Below are positions 1 to 10,662 of a DNA stretch of 64,000 nt, piece after piece. This stretch comes from an uncultured Nitrospinota bacterium. Lineage in GTDB: Bacteria; Tectomicrobia; Entotheonellia; J063; CAVPRW01. Within the stretch, counting starts at the first letter, position 1. Every line of letters starts with the position of its first letter. The DNA is taken from the NCBI GenBank assembly GCA_963707985.1, contig CAVPRW010000013.1, forward strand, positions 32,001 to 96,000, in the 5' to 3' direction. The notes below the pieces were generated by a model. It saw only the letters and a program-made list of their open reading frames with translations. It made no database searches and had not been told where the DNA came from. Made by a program: the position numbers and the translations under genes.

Positions 1-956
1 CATAAGACGACGAAGGGGAGAATGTACTGCAGGATGTCCATGCCCTCGGACACAACTACTGACCCTCTGGCCGGTGTGAGCTATGCATGGTAACAACGGT
101 ATTCTTCAGACCAACTTCCTCTCGTCAGCAATAACACGTCGGACCTGCTCGTGGATTTGGCCACTCCCATCATACACGTGCCCTTAGAGCTGTCAAGATG
201 CAGACTAATCTCCGAGATCAAGTCGTCAAACGCGGCAAAACGCGCACCGGTATAGAGCGCTCCTTCCAACGTCGGATCAAACTTACAAGCCTGCAGGGAA
301 CTACGTTTGGCAGGATGTAATCGCGATCCCGCCGTCAAAACTTGACAGCAAGGGGAAGGTTGTTGACCGTCAACGTGACCCTGGATACGTCCAGATACGC
401 CACCGCTTCCAGGCTCATCGGAAGGAAACACCTTACCGAACATTTTCCAGCGCTTGCTCCGGGGAGGCAAAACACGAAGATGGCTTAGGCCAGCAGCTGG
501 CGTTGTATCAGACGTGTGACAACTTTAGGCTGATACAATCTCGGCTCCGGCAAGCCTTATAGTCGACCTGTTGGACAAGGAAACACGTTGATGGGTTTTT
601 GATCTGAGCGGCAAAATTCAGCACTAAGCTTGATTTGGATATGATCTGCCAGTTGCGCACCATACCTGAGCTCGCGCTCGGCGATTTGCATGTCACCAAC
701 GACAAAGCCACGCTCGGCAGGCACTGCATAGCTGGCGCGTAGTGTGGCAGTTCTTGTCCCGCATTCCACCGAACGAGCCCAAGCGGCTGACAGGCTCTGC
801 CCACAAGGGTCTGTAGAGAGGAGGGGCCGCTCTGGAGTCGGCTCCTCGACAGGAGGGACCGCCACCGGGGCCGCGGGGGACCCTACGGCGTCTGCATGTC
901 CGACTGGCGGAACCCGGTCAGCCCCATCTGCTGAGCGCCGGGAATCTAATGCGGTG

Positions 957-1495
957 CTATTCTATTCGGCGTGCCACTTGGGCTCGTACCAGCGGGATCA
1001 GCTCACGCCCGTATTCCACGGCATCCTGGAGGGGATTGAAGCCACGGATCAGCAGGGTGGAGGCACCGGCATCATAGTAATCGAGGAGCGCTTCACACAC
1101 TTGCTCCGGGGTGCCAACCAGGGCAGACGTATTGCCGGCCGCGCCCGTGGCTGAGGCGATCGGCATCCAAAGGCGCTTGTCATGCACGTCGCTCTGGGCC
1201 GCAAAAGCGAGGAGCCGCTGCGATCCTACGGCTTTCGGCTGCTGCGCCATGGGCGTTGAGGGGCTGCGCGTTTGGACCTGGGCCAGGATGCTCCGTGCGC
1301 GCTCCCAGGCCTCCGCTTCTGTGGCCCCAAGAATGGGCCTGACGGAGACGCTGAAGCGCGGGCTGCGGCCATACGGGCGCGCCGCGGTACGTACGGCCGC
1401 GATACGCTCTTTCACCGCTGCGACCGGCTCACCCCAGAAGGCATAAACGTCACAGTGCTTTGCTCCTGCAGCCACGGCAGCCTCTGAGGCACCGC
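957..1495 (-). pseudogene. LLM-class flavin-dependent monooxygenase (SsuD-like), C-terminal half only
   Basis: Translation GASEAA...DVYAFWGEP...SVRPILG...TSALVGTPEQV...YGRELIP matches the C-terminal half of SsuD-like LLM enzymes. There is no room for the N-terminal half because nuoH ends at 1535. Confidence 0.75.
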
Positions 1496-1534
1496 TCTGC
1501 AACGGCGATTTACAGACCAATACCGTGGTGCGTA

Positions 1535-2554
1535 TTATGTCAGGGCCACGATTCCAGCGGTCACGAAGATATTGAGCAGAGCTAGCGGCAGCAGCACCTT
1601 CCAGCCCAAAAGCATCAGTTGGTCGTAGCGGAAGCGAGGGATGGTCCAGCGCACCCAAACGAAGAGAAAGAGGAGGACAGCAACTTTGATGGCGAACGCG
1701 AAGATCTCCAGGAGGCTGAGCCACCAGGGCGAAGGATCGAGTGTGGAGATAAAGGGAATCATCCAGCCCCCGAAGAAAATCGTCACGACCAAGGCTGAAG
1801 CTGTGATCATGTTGGCATATTCGGCCATAAAAAACATGGCGAACTTCATGCCCGCGTATTCAGTATGATAACCTGCCACCAGCTCGGTCTCAGCCTCTGG
1901 CAAATCAAAGGGCAAGCGGTTGGTTTCAGCGAACACCGCCACCAGGAAAATGAAGAAGCCCAGCGGCTGTTTCACCACGTTCCACAGGCCATGCTGGGCG
2001 TATACCATCTCCCGCAGGCTCAGCGAACCCGTGAGCAGCACCACACCGACGATGGACAGTCCCAGCGCCAGCTCGTAGCTGATCATTTGCGCCGACGAAC
2101 GTAAGCCACCCAGCAGCGAATACTTATTATTCGAGGACCACCCCGCCAACACAATGCCATATACACCCAGCGAGGAGAGCGCCAGAACGTAGAGCACACC
2201 GATGTTGACATCAGTGATGACCAGCGGGATCTCCCACCCGAAGATGCTGAGCGTGCCGCCAAAGGGAATCACCGCAAACGTGATCAGGGCGGGTATGAGT
2301 GAGAGGGCGGGGGCGATGATGAAGACTCGTCGATCCACTTGCCCGGGGATGAGATCTTCTTTGTGAATAAATTTGATGGCGTCAGCGAGCGGCTGGAGCA
2401 AACCATACGGGCCGACCCGGTTAGGCCCCAGCCGGTCTTGAATGAAGGCGCTGATCCGGCGCTCGACCCAGACTAATAAGGTCACCACAGCCATGACGGC
2501 GTTGAAGACAACAGCGATTTTCAGCAATGTGATCAGCAGTCCTACCAGCGTCAT
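1535..2554 (-). CDS. nuoH: NADH-quinone oxidoreductase subunit H
   Basis: 339-aa hydrophobic protein with ERRISAFIQDRLGPNRVGPYGLLQPLAD, AETNRLPFDLPEAE and PRFRYDQLM motifs. Confidence 0.97.
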   Translation of the reverse strand: MTLVGLLITLLKIAVVFNAVMAVVTLLVWVERRISAFIQDRLGPNRVGPYGLLQPLADAIKFIHKEDLIPGQVDRRVFIIAPALSLIPALITFAVIPFGGTLSIFGWEIPLVITDVNIGVLYVLALSSLGVYGIVLAGWSSNNKYSLLGGLRSSAQMISYELALGLSIVGVVLLTGSLSLREMVYAQHGLWNVVKQPLGFFIFLVAVFAETNRLPFDLPEAETELVAGYHTEYAGMKFAMFFMAEYANMITASALVVTIFFGGWMIPFISTLDPSPWWLSLLEIFAFAIKVAVLLFLFVWVRWTIPRFRYDQLMLLGWKVLLPLALLNIFVTAGIVALT

Positions 2555-2572
2555 GAGAGGCCTTTGTGCCGG

Positions 2573-4144
2573 TTAGTCGATGGCGATCCCCAAGCTCCCC
2601 ACTTTTTCATAGGTGATCCCGGTGTACGCCGCGATCTCACGTCCAATCTCTTCCGTGACCGTCGCAGCTGAAGTGAAGGGCCACGAGGCGCCGAGACGGT
2701 TGGCAAGCGCACAGAAGATCTCCCAGTCCGGTTTGCTGAGCCCAAAGGGTTTCAGAGCGCGGCGGACGCGCTGCACTCGTCGGCGATAATTGGTGAACGT
2801 GCCCTCCTTCTCGGCAAAGCTGGTACCGGGGAGCACCACGTGCGCCAGCTTGGTGGTTTCGGTCGGGAGGATATCCTGCACGATGAGGAGATCGAGTTGA
2901 CCTAGTACCTCACGCCACTCCGGATCGGCGGCAAGGTCCTCTTGCACGACGTAGAGTCCCTTGATCGTACCCACCCGGATGCCTTCGCGAATGCCCGACA
3001 GGTCGAGCCCACCCGGACCCGGTCGGCAGTCGAGGTCGACCACACCACGCGCGTTCGGCGCTTTATCCCGGCGAATGAGGAAATTGTCTTCATCGCCATC
3101 GGGCGGCGGTGGAACATCGAGATGGGGTGACCCGATGATGTCGCGCACCAGCCGCCGGAACAGCAAAAGATCCTCATTGGTCGACTTCGTCGAGCCAATG
3201 CCTGCCAGTGCCTCGGACCCATGTGCCTGTTTCAGCGCTTGCACGGCTTCGGCACACCAGTGCAGCGCCTCATCCCATGAGGTTGGAGTATACTGCTCAC
3301 CATGGCGTACCAGCGGGCTCTTGAGGCGGTCATCGCGATTGACATCCTCGAAGCCAAAGCGGCCAGCATCACACATCCAGTGTTCGTTGACGTCGTCATT
3401 AATGCGCGGCCGCAGACGTTGAATCTTATTCTGGTAGACATCTACCCAGATGTTGCAGCCGTTGCTACAGCCGGGGCAAATGCTTTCGGTTGGCTGCAGA
3501 AACCAGACGCGGGCCCGGAACCGGAACTCACGGGTGGTGAGTGCACCAACCGGACAGATGTCGACGACGTTGGCGGAATATTTGTTACGCAGCTCCTGGC
3601 CGGGGAAGACGTCGATGACTTGGCGGTCACCACGGTTGAAGATCCCCAGCTCCTCCTCCCCCACGACATCACGGCAGAACCGCACACAGCGGGTGCAGAC
3701 GATACAACGCTCGGCGTCGAAAAGGACATGGGGGCCAAGCGGCACCTTCTTTGGCTTGTGGACCTTCTCTTCGATGAACCGACTCTCACCAGGGCCGTAG
3801 TCGTGGGTGTACTCCTGCAAGACACACTCACCGGCTTGATCGCAGATCGGGCAATCTAGAGGGTGGTTGATCAGGATAAACTCCAGCACACCTTTACGAA
3901 CCTTCTCGATCTCAGGGGTGTTGGTGGCGACGACCATGCCATCGGTCACAACTGTCGAGCAGGCAGGGACTGGTTTGGGGATCTTCTCCACCTTCACCAG
4001 GCACATGCGGCAGTTGGCTTCTACCTGCAGCTTCGGATGATAGCAGAAATATGGGATCTCGATCCCCAGCCGCTCGGCAGCCTGGATGAGGTTTGTCCCT
4101 GCTTCTACCGTGATCTCGTGATCATCGATCTTCACCGTCGGCAT
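2573..4144 (-). CDS. nuoG: NADH-quinone oxidoreductase subunit G (short form, 523 aa)
   Basis: Fe-S motifs CYHPKL..ANCRMC, HPLDCPICDQAGEC, CIVCTRC..DICPVGAL and CPGCSNGC...MCDAGRF, plus a molybdopterin-fold tail EKEGTFTN. Confidence 0.9.
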   Translation of the reverse strand: MPTVKIDDHEITVEAGTNLIQAAERLGIEIPYFCYHPKLQVEANCRMCLVKVEKIPKPVPACSTVVTDGMVVATNTPEIEKVRKGVLEFILINHPLDCPICDQAGECVLQEYTHDYGPGESRFIEEKVHKPKKVPLGPHVLFDAERCIVCTRCVRFCRDVVGEEELGIFNRGDRQVIDVFPGQELRNKYSANVVDICPVGALTTREFRFRARVWFLQPTESICPGCSNGCNIWVDVYQNKIQRLRPRINDDVNEHWMCDAGRFGFEDVNRDDRLKSPLVRHGEQYTPTSWDEALHWCAEAVQALKQAHGSEALAGIGSTKSTNEDLLLFRRLVRDIIGSPHLDVPPPPDGDEDNFLIRRDKAPNARGVVDLDCRPGPGGLDLSGIREGIRVGTIKGLYVVQEDLAADPEWREVLGQLDLLIVQDILPTETTKLAHVVLPGTSFAEKEGTFTNYRRRVQRVRRALKPFGLSKPDWEIFCALANRLGASWPFTSAATVTEEIGREIAAYTGITYEKVGSLGIAID

Positions 4145-4154
4145 ACGCTCATCC

Positions 4155-4724
4155 TCAACTCTGGCTCTTGCCTCGAATGTCCCCCTTACGCCACAGCTTA
4201 CTGATAAACGGCGGCGGTGACTGCTGCAACGTGCGCACGTTGTCGCGAGGGTCCACTTCGACCTCCGGGCCTAACGTTGGGAAATCCTTACGCAGCGGGT
4301 GTCCGGGGTAATCATCCGGCATGTATATGCGCCGTAGGTCAGGATGATCCGCAAATTGGATGCCGAGCATATCGAAGGCTTCACGCTCGTGCCAATTAGC
4401 CGTGCTCCAGACAGACGTTACCGACGGGACGATGGCATCGCTCTCAGCCACCCGCACTTTCAGGCGCAAGCGGCGATTATAGGGGACCGAGTACAGGTGA
4501 TAGACCACCTCGAAACGCGGCTCTCGCCCGAGATAATCCACCCCTCCCATATCCATGAGCAGATCGTAGCGGAAATCCGGATCATCCTTTAACCATCGGC
4601 AAATATTTACGATCTGCTCGCGGTTGACGACCAGCGCCACCTCCCCATGAGCCTCAGAAACTTCCTGTACCGCGTCCGCGAAACGTCCAATGAGCTTTTC
4701 AGCGACCGGTATGTCACTCATCAT
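4155..4724 (-). CDS. nuoC: NADH-quinone oxidoreductase subunit C
   Basis: GVDY...RFEVVYHLYS, ANWHEREAFDMLGIQF..HPDLRRI and GHPLRKDFP motifs. Confidence 0.95.
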   Translation of the reverse strand: MMSDIPVAEKLIGRFADAVQEVSEAHGEVALVVNREQIVNICRWLKDDPDFRYDLLMDMGGVDYLGREPRFEVVYHLYSVPYNRRLRLKVRVAESDAIVPSVTSVWSTANWHEREAFDMLGIQFADHPDLRRIYMPDDYPGHPLRKDFPTLGPEVEVDPRDNVRTLQQSPPPFISKLWRKGDIRGKSQS

Positions 4725-4728
4725 GGCC

Positions 4729-5055
4729 TTAGGACATCACGCTCTGGAGCTTATCGACGATCACCTTTTTCGGCACGGCCCCAATGATGCGTTCTGCCGG
4801 CTTACCGTCCTTGAACACCAGTAGAGTTGGGATACTTTGGACGCCATACGCCACAGCCGTGCGGGGATTATCGTCGACGTCCAGCTTCATCACTTTAATC
4901 TTGCCTTCATAGTCGCCGGCAATCTCCTCAACGACGGGCGCAACGGCACGGCATGGACCACACCACACGGCCCAAAAGTCCACCAAGACCGGTTGCGTCG
5001 ATTGCAACACTTCTTGCTCAAATGTGCTGTCAGTCACTTCAATGGCTTTTGCCAT
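4729..5055 (-). CDS. trxA: Thioredoxin
   Basis: 108 aa from MAKAIEV, with [12 protein letters not shown] active site and SIPTL cis-Pro motif. GGAGG RBS upstream of the ATG at 5055. Confidence 0.96.
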   Translation of the reverse strand: MAKAIEVTDSTFEQEVLQSTQPVLVDFWAVWCGPCRAVAPVVEEIAGDYEGKIKVMKLDVDDNPRTAVAYGVQSIPTLLVFKDGKPAERIIGAVPKKVIVDKLQSVMS

Positions 5056-5220
5056 GATCGCTAGCCTCCTGTGCGATTTCACATGGTAAATCTGTTCTCG
5101 GTCACATGCTTAAGCCGTCGGCACCCTCCGAGCTCTTTTCGCTGAGCGAGTGCCCGATTCACAGCCGATCACGCATCGATGCGTCTTACACGAGGCCAAT
5201 CCAGGCATCGACGACCAACA

Positions 5221-5416
5221 CTCCACCGCGTAGGCAAAGAGGGGGTTCAGGTCGATCTGATACGGTTACGAATGCTGGTCCGCCGGGGGTGACAGCCTTG
5301 ACTAACTGCCCTCCCAGAGCACCGAGATTGACCCCTCATGTCCCTCGGAGGTTCTGGGCTGTAACTGAGCGGCCTACACTCCGGAGGACGTCGACTCAGA
5401 GGCATCAAGTCCTCTG
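5221..5416. other. Candidate structured non-coding region upstream of trxA
   Basis: Nested inverted repeats: gtaggc 5230-5235/gcctac 5372-5377, cccaga 5313-5318/tctggg 5353-5358, ccgag 5322-5326/ctcgg 5344-5348 and cagagg 5397-5402/cctctg 5411-5416. No RNA family recognised. Confidence 0.25.
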
Positions 5417-6336
5417 CCACCATACCATTTGCTAGCTCTGGCTGTCAAGGCGCCGAGGGACGCAGCGCCACACCGCCAGGCGATGGCAGCAGCAGCGGTT
5501 TACCCACACTCATTCCTTGCTCATTACCGGTCAGCTCTAGGGCCGCAGCAGTGCCCAGATAATTTTGCGATCGAGACCACTACAGGGTCCTTACCGTGAC
5601 TCCAGGGATGGTAGCTCAGCTGACGCCGAAGAGGCATTCTCTAGAGGGCTACGCCATGCTACTACATCACTGGCGTTTCATTGCTGAGTCGCAGCCCACA
5701 CGAGGATGACGCGATGCAAGCCTCCCACCTGCCGCTCCGCACGCATGGTCGGGGCAAGGGTCAGATCACCATATTGAATCTCCTGAAGGGGTAGAACTAG
5801 AGGCGCACAAAGCTGGATTTCCTCCACCATCGTCTCCTGAACGCTGCCTGATCCATCCATGCCTGCCCATGACAGCGGCCGAAGAGACAGGCGCCATGGC
5901 GCTCACTAACTCGGTAACAACAACGCTTCCTTTTATCTTGAGAGAAGAGGTAGGAATTAATCAAAGAGGAGTATTAGCTATGGCATCGTACACTGCCTTC
6001 GGTGTTAGGTCTACAAGCCAACCGACGAATCCCATGGTATTACTACCTTGGTTGCGGAATTACGGCGCCAGCCCCACGGGTGCGCATAGGCATGCTCCGA
6101 ACATAGTCCGAAATGGGCGGCTTTGGACGATTCCGTACGGCATAGAAGCGATACTTATAACAGCGCTAGCGGCCGTCATCGCCCGTCTGTCGGCCCATCG
6201 CCCCGTGGTTGCCACGCTGGATACGACAGTCCCTGCCGCGGCGACCGACGGCAGCTCGCTGCGCTTGTCAGGCAGGCCCCGCCCCAGATGTGCCAGAATA
6301 CTGCCTTTCGCTAGGTTAAGGCCTTCTAGGCGTACT

Positions 6337-7293
6337 TCACTGCACCACAAACCCACAGGCGCCATCTGTCTGGCCCGACTCGCCCGACCGCGGACGGACA
6401 AAGGTATTGACGCCGCCATCGGTACAGGCCACATCGGGGGTACCGCAGTCAAACCACGAGTCTTCAAACATATTGCCATCGGCGCTGTTGAACAAGACGC
6501 ACGTGCCCGCGGGGTTAGAGAAGTGGACGCCCACAAATCGATTCTGCGAGGGAATAGCCGGGAAGATCCCTCGGAGCTGCCACAAGGTCTGCTCGGTTTT
6601 TCCGACGACGATCGTATTCCTGATGCTGCGGTCGTCAAAGATGACTGGCGTCAGATAGGCCTCGTTGCCTTCCAGGTAGCTGTCACTCACGTTCTTGAAC
6701 CGGATCGACGTGGTGCCACCCATCGCGCGGTTGTACCACAGGATCTGCCCGCTGTTGTTCAGCGCGTAGATTTGCTCCAGCCGATTCTCCCAGCTATCGA
6801 CATAGGCGATGATGTTCCGGTGCGCCCCCTCGCTGACGTGTATACCTTCATCGGCGTTGGCGTACACCCTCAGGTCTTGCACGTGGTTCCCGCTACCCAC
6901 CAGGTTGACGCCATAGCCGACCCCATGCTGGCCATTGGCCCAGACCCAGGCTCCCTGCCCGTCAATGAGGTTGCCTGAGCCTTGGATACGGTACCCATAG
7001 TGAAAGCCGGTGACGCTGCAGTGGCGTACCACGGCGTTGGTCCCCACGGTGCGAATCCCCACGCTATCAGGACCGTAATAGTTGCCGGAGATGGTATGGC
7101 CTCCGCAGTCTAGGGTGACACCACTGCCGATGTTGATAGCCGTGGGCACGTTAGGGCAAGAGGCATTAACTGGCAGGACAAAGTTCGCCACGAGGGTATC
7201 GCCACACTGGCAATTGGCCCCGGTGCAATTTTTGGCCAGCGCCGTGGTCGCCGCTATGAGGATGCTCAAAATCCCCATCAAGATGAGTCGCAT
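6337..7293 (-). CDS. Secreted right-handed parallel beta-helix (NosD/pectin-lyase-like) protein
   Basis: Signal peptide MRLILMGILSILIAATTALA, then CGDTL...VTLDCGGHTISG and repeated GI/N-rich beta-helix turns. Confidence 0.75.
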   Translation of the reverse strand: MRLILMGILSILIAATTALAKNCTGANCQCGDTLVANFVLPVNASCPNVPTAINIGSGVTLDCGGHTISGNYYGPDSVGIRTVGTNAVVRHCSVTGFHYGYRIQGSGNLIDGQGAWVWANGQHGVGYGVNLVGSGNHVQDLRVYANADEGIHVSEGAHRNIIAYVDSWENRLEQIYALNNSGQILWYNRAMGGTTSIRFKNVSDSYLEGNEAYLTPVIFDDRSIRNTIVVGKTEQTLWQLRGIFPAIPSQNRFVGVHFSNPAGTCVLFNSADGNMFEDSWFDCGTPDVACTDGGVNTFVRPRSGESGQTDGACGFVVQ

Positions 7294-7392
7294 CGAGTGA
7301 ATCCTCTGAATCCTCCAGTTCCGGGCAAGTGTCAGATGTTTGCAGCCATGGTAAATGACAGATGCAATCTAGGGGCCCCTGCATTTGACAGT

Positions 7393-8196
7393 TCAAACAG
7401 TGCGTTGTTTGAGTAATTCTTCTGCGATAGCCTTGCGAGTTGCTTCCAATTCCTGGACCTTGACCTCTGCCGGCGCAATGACTTTATCCCCTAGTGCGGC
7501 GATTAACCCCTCCAGGCTTTCGTCGCGGTAGACTTTCAGTACCCAGGAATATTTCCAGTAGTCCGGAAACATGGCGTAGGGGCGGGCCATACCTTCCATC
7601 ACGGGCGGCACTGGGACTGCCAACGTTGGCACAATGGCTTCCAACTCTTTAGGAAGGCTACTAGGCTCTGTGCGATCGGCGATGATAAACCGCGCCATAT
7701 GAGCCAAGGTCGAGATGGTCTCCGTGAGATCGCGGCTTGCCGGTTTCTCGAAATCAAATAAGATAGGCAGGTAGTTCCGGCGGCGCAGCTCGTCTCGAAT
7801 CGCATCGAGCACAGCCTTCCGCTCCGGAGTAAAGCGGCCTAGGATCAGCACAGCCTTGGAGATGATGGTATCAATCTCACCGAAAGGTGTGATGACCATA
7901 TCTGCTTGCCGTGCTCCTGCGAGATAGATAATCCACACAGAAATCCCATAAATTTGACGCCCCGTGAGATTCGCCCCCTCGAGTGTGGTCTGTACCAAGC
8001 GGGCGTTCTCAAGGTCCGCCCCGTGGTGGTCTGCCTGAAAGAGGTCTGCCTCGTAGAGGTTTGCCCCGCCGAGGTTTGCCGCGCCGAGCTTTGCCCCGTG
8101 GAAGTTTGCCCTGCGGAGGTTCGCCCCAAAAAGGTCAGGCGTTATATCACGATTTGCTTCTCGCCACTGATTCCAGGCTAGGATCCCTTGCTTCAC
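7393..8196 (-). CDS. Pentapeptide-repeat protein with C-terminal Rossmann-like domain (possibly degenerate)
   Basis: WNQWR start, A(N/D)LxxA repeats, then VLILGRFTPERKAVLDAIR...FDFEKP..RDLTET..ARFIIAD. The frame stays open upstream to about 8223 without an ATG. Confidence 0.75.
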   Translation of the reverse strand: MKQGILAWNQWREANRDITPDLFGANLRRANFHGAKLGAANLGGANLYEADLFQADHHGADLENARLVQTTLEGANLTGRQIYGISVWIIYLAGARQADMVITPFGEIDTIISKAVLILGRFTPERKAVLDAIRDELRRRNYLPILFDFEKPASRDLTETISTLAHMARFIIADRTEPSSLPKELEAIVPTLAVPVPPVMEGMARPYAMFPDYWKYSWVLKVYRDESLEGLIAALGDKVIAPAEVKVQELEATRKAIAEELLKQRTV

Positions 8197-8395
8197 CCGT
8201 CTGAGATGTATTTTACTCGCTACTGATCAGTCCTCCGCCACGCGCTGCCACGGGAACAACCGATAGGGCATTACTCCGCTGTAGGCATTACGGCCAATCT
8301 GCCACATTTCTCCGCGTGTCGCAAACTGCACCATGACTGACACTGCTGGGGAATGCACCACCCCCATCGGGTTCCGTCGAGATCGGCCCCTCCCA

Positions 8396-9238
8396 TCAGA
8401 AGTTCCGGATGGCCGGCAACGCGATCGCAAAGAGATCGCTCAAATCCGTGGCCTGAGCGGCGTCTCCCAGAAACGGTGTCACGCCAAAGATGCGCTGGAT
8501 GGTGCGCAGCGTTGAGCTATGCGTGTAGGGGATCGTGTTCGCATAGCCGTCGCCCTTGGCAAAAGGCGACAGCGCGATCATCCCGATCGGCTGACGACGC
8601 CTCCCTCAGAGGGATCGTACCCCACGAGCTCCCTCATCCCACGTGATGAAGAGGACCCCCCCTGTCTGGTATGCCCCAGAGGTGAGGATCTTCGGCACTT
8701 CCTGAGCAAGCCAGGTGTCCCCCGTGGGGATATCGCAGTCGTGCATGTCATGGCAGAGGTTTGGCGTGATGAAGTTATAGTGGGCGACGGTGTTCTGGAC
8801 GAGATCCGTCGCCAGCTCGTGATACGGCCGCACATGAGCGATACAGTACGGAGAGTGAGGATTGTTGCCCTCGGTCACGTCAGTAAAATAGACCATCGGG
8901 TGATGCTTGGGTCGGTAGAGACCGGTCGGGGTCAGCGGGCACTCCGTCCCGCTGATGTCCTCTTGGTAGGATCTCCATGTCCACCCCGCCTGCGCCAAGC
9001 GTGTGACGAGATGGGCCGCCGTATGCTGGGAATGGACGCGCGGGAGGTCGTTATCGGTAATCCCGAACGCGGTCCCTGCCTCGAGCCATAAATAATTCGG
9101 GAGACTGGGAGAGAGCCCGGGGCTGTAGTACTGCTCGGCGTGTGACGCGCGTGGGAGCAGCTGCGTATTCATGTACGGCGCTTGCGGCTGGCCCTTGATA
9201 TCCGCCCAATCCGTATTCTCCATAACGATGAGGAACAC
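8396..9238 (-). pseudogene. Phosphoesterase (acid phosphatase/phospholipase C family), frameshifted and lacking N-terminus
   Basis: FLIVMEN, PSLPNYL, TPNLCHDMHD and FITWDE lie in one frame; the C-terminal YTHSSTLRTI..FG lies in another. Shift near 8600. Confidence 0.8.
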
Positions 9239-9317
9239 CGTCTGGATGGGACCCGAGTGCGGCGGTTCTCAGGGCAGGGCCCTGTCTGGCGGCCAGCGAT
9301 GTCGCCCTGCATCTCTG

Positions 9318-9570
9318 TCAGGTCAGGAAACCGTTCAGCCTTGCCCGCGGCGTATCGATACTGCATGGCTACATTCTGGCCATCGACCCAGCCGAGTTCG
9401 CGTAGCCCCTGTTCGAACGCCTCGATGAAGGGCGAGGGGGTTCCGGGGGACCCAATCCAGAGAAACCCGACCCGGGGGACCTTCCCCGTCTGCTGCGCCG
9501 TCGTGTCGAACGACACCATGAGGAGGCTGGAGACTAGGGCGACGATAAACGTGCGGGTGAAAGTCGTCAT
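9318..9570 (-). pseudogene. ABC transporter substrate-binding protein, N-terminal fragment
   Basis: Signal peptide plus AQQTGKVPRVGFL...EAFEQGLRELGWVDGQNV...YRYAAGKAERFPDL, after which similarity stops abruptly. Confidence 0.75.
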
Positions 9571-9976
9571 CGCATCTCCTTTCAATGGAACTCATACAGA
9601 TACCGGGCTGATCGCCCTGATTGGATTGTTGCACGCCAATGGTCGGGACCTGCGGCAGGCCATTGTTGATGGCCGCCCTCCTTATGACAGGAACGCGGAC
9701 GCGGGGGGTGTATTCTACGCACAAGGTGCAAGGGCAGGACAGCAAAAAGGAAATGTGGAGGCGGGTCGTCTGTCCTGATGGCGTACAATGGCGGCTTCCG
9801 TCCCCCAACGCCGAAAAGGCGTATACCTCCGCATGTTGCAGATGAAACTATGCAAACCCATCTAGGCCATTCCCGGATACACCAAAATCGGTGGTTGCCT
9901 CTCGCTGGGGTATACTTTCCCTCTCGTAAGGGTCTGTCATCGTGGTCAACGCTGTTGTCGTACGAGGAGATGAGGC

Positions 9977-10304
9977 ATGTGCTTGCACCCGCAATCCCTA
10001 CCGTCGGTGCCAGAGGCCACGGCTGCCGCAGTGCACGCCGCCTTTCCCAAAGGCAACCTCTACGTGGCGCTCCGTACTGAGTTCGGCAGGCTCTATGATG
10101 ACCAGCTCTTCGCCGATCTCTATCCGCCTCATGGGCGTCCCGTGGAAATCCCCCCCCTGGCGCTTGGCGTTAGTCATGGTCATGCAGTATATCGAAGGGC
10201 TGACCGACCGACAGGCCGCCGACGCTGTCCGCCGTTGCATCGACTGGAAATTTGCGCTCAGCCTCGAATTGACCGACCCTGGTTTCGATTTCACCCTCCT
10301 GCAT
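9977..10304 (+). mobile_element. IS1182-like transposase, 5' fragment with frameshift
   Basis: MCLHPQ...AAFPKGNLY...DDQLFADLYP, then PWRLALV..QYIEGLTDRQAADAVR..IDWKFALSLELTDPGFDFTLL after a shift in the C-run at about 10150. Confidence 0.8.
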
Positions 10305-10494
10305 CAACTCTTCCACCTGGCGAGAGCTCAAGGGATACGCCACATACCAACGCGCGCAGGTCAGGATGATGTCCTTCTCAACATGGGCCCCGTGAAGCTC
10401 ACCATGAGCGCTCCCTCGCTCGTGTTGTCTCCCGCCGGATATCAAGGACAGATCATAGCCGAAATTACGAGCAAAGGAAATTTGCGACAGAACC
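10295..10494 (-). mobile_element. IS6-family left-end remnant
   Basis: Terminal repeat GGTTCTGTCGCAA (minus strand, from 10494) and transposase start GAHVEKDIILTCARWYVAYPLSSRQVEELMQE. Joined to the IS1182 fragment at about 10295-10304. Confidence 0.75.
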
Positions 10495-10662
10495 CTGAGA
10501 GCCCCGAAAGCCAAAAATCGTCAGGACGATGGTAGTGACCATGGCCATACCCGCTATCGGCACCGGGTCTCGCTCCCCCAGACCAAAGAAGATTAGCAGT
10601 AAGACCATCAGCCAAACAACCCCAATGGACAGCCTCACCCAGAAGAATTTGTTCTGCAGCAT
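10495..10662 (-). CDS. Small two-TM membrane protein, 3' end abutting the IS6 end
   Basis: GGAGG RBS, then MLQNKFFWVRLSIGVVWLMVLLLIFFGL...MAMVTTIVLTIFGF. The frame runs into the IS6 terminal repeat. Confidence 0.45.

Noticed and set aside
1..950. Short minus-strand ORFs (81-470, 557-865) that could be a broken gene
   Set aside because: No recognisable motif or family, so no call can be supported.
5605..5622. GGGATGGTAGCTCAGCTG resembles a tRNA 5' end
   Set aside because: No anticodon arm, T-loop (GTTCRA) or matching acceptor strand follows.
5869..6978. 369-aa plus-strand ORF and similar long ORFs opposite real genes (e.g. 19847-21241, 21441-22592, 35632-36759)
   Set aside because: Antisense shadows of GC-rich coding sequence with no domain motifs.
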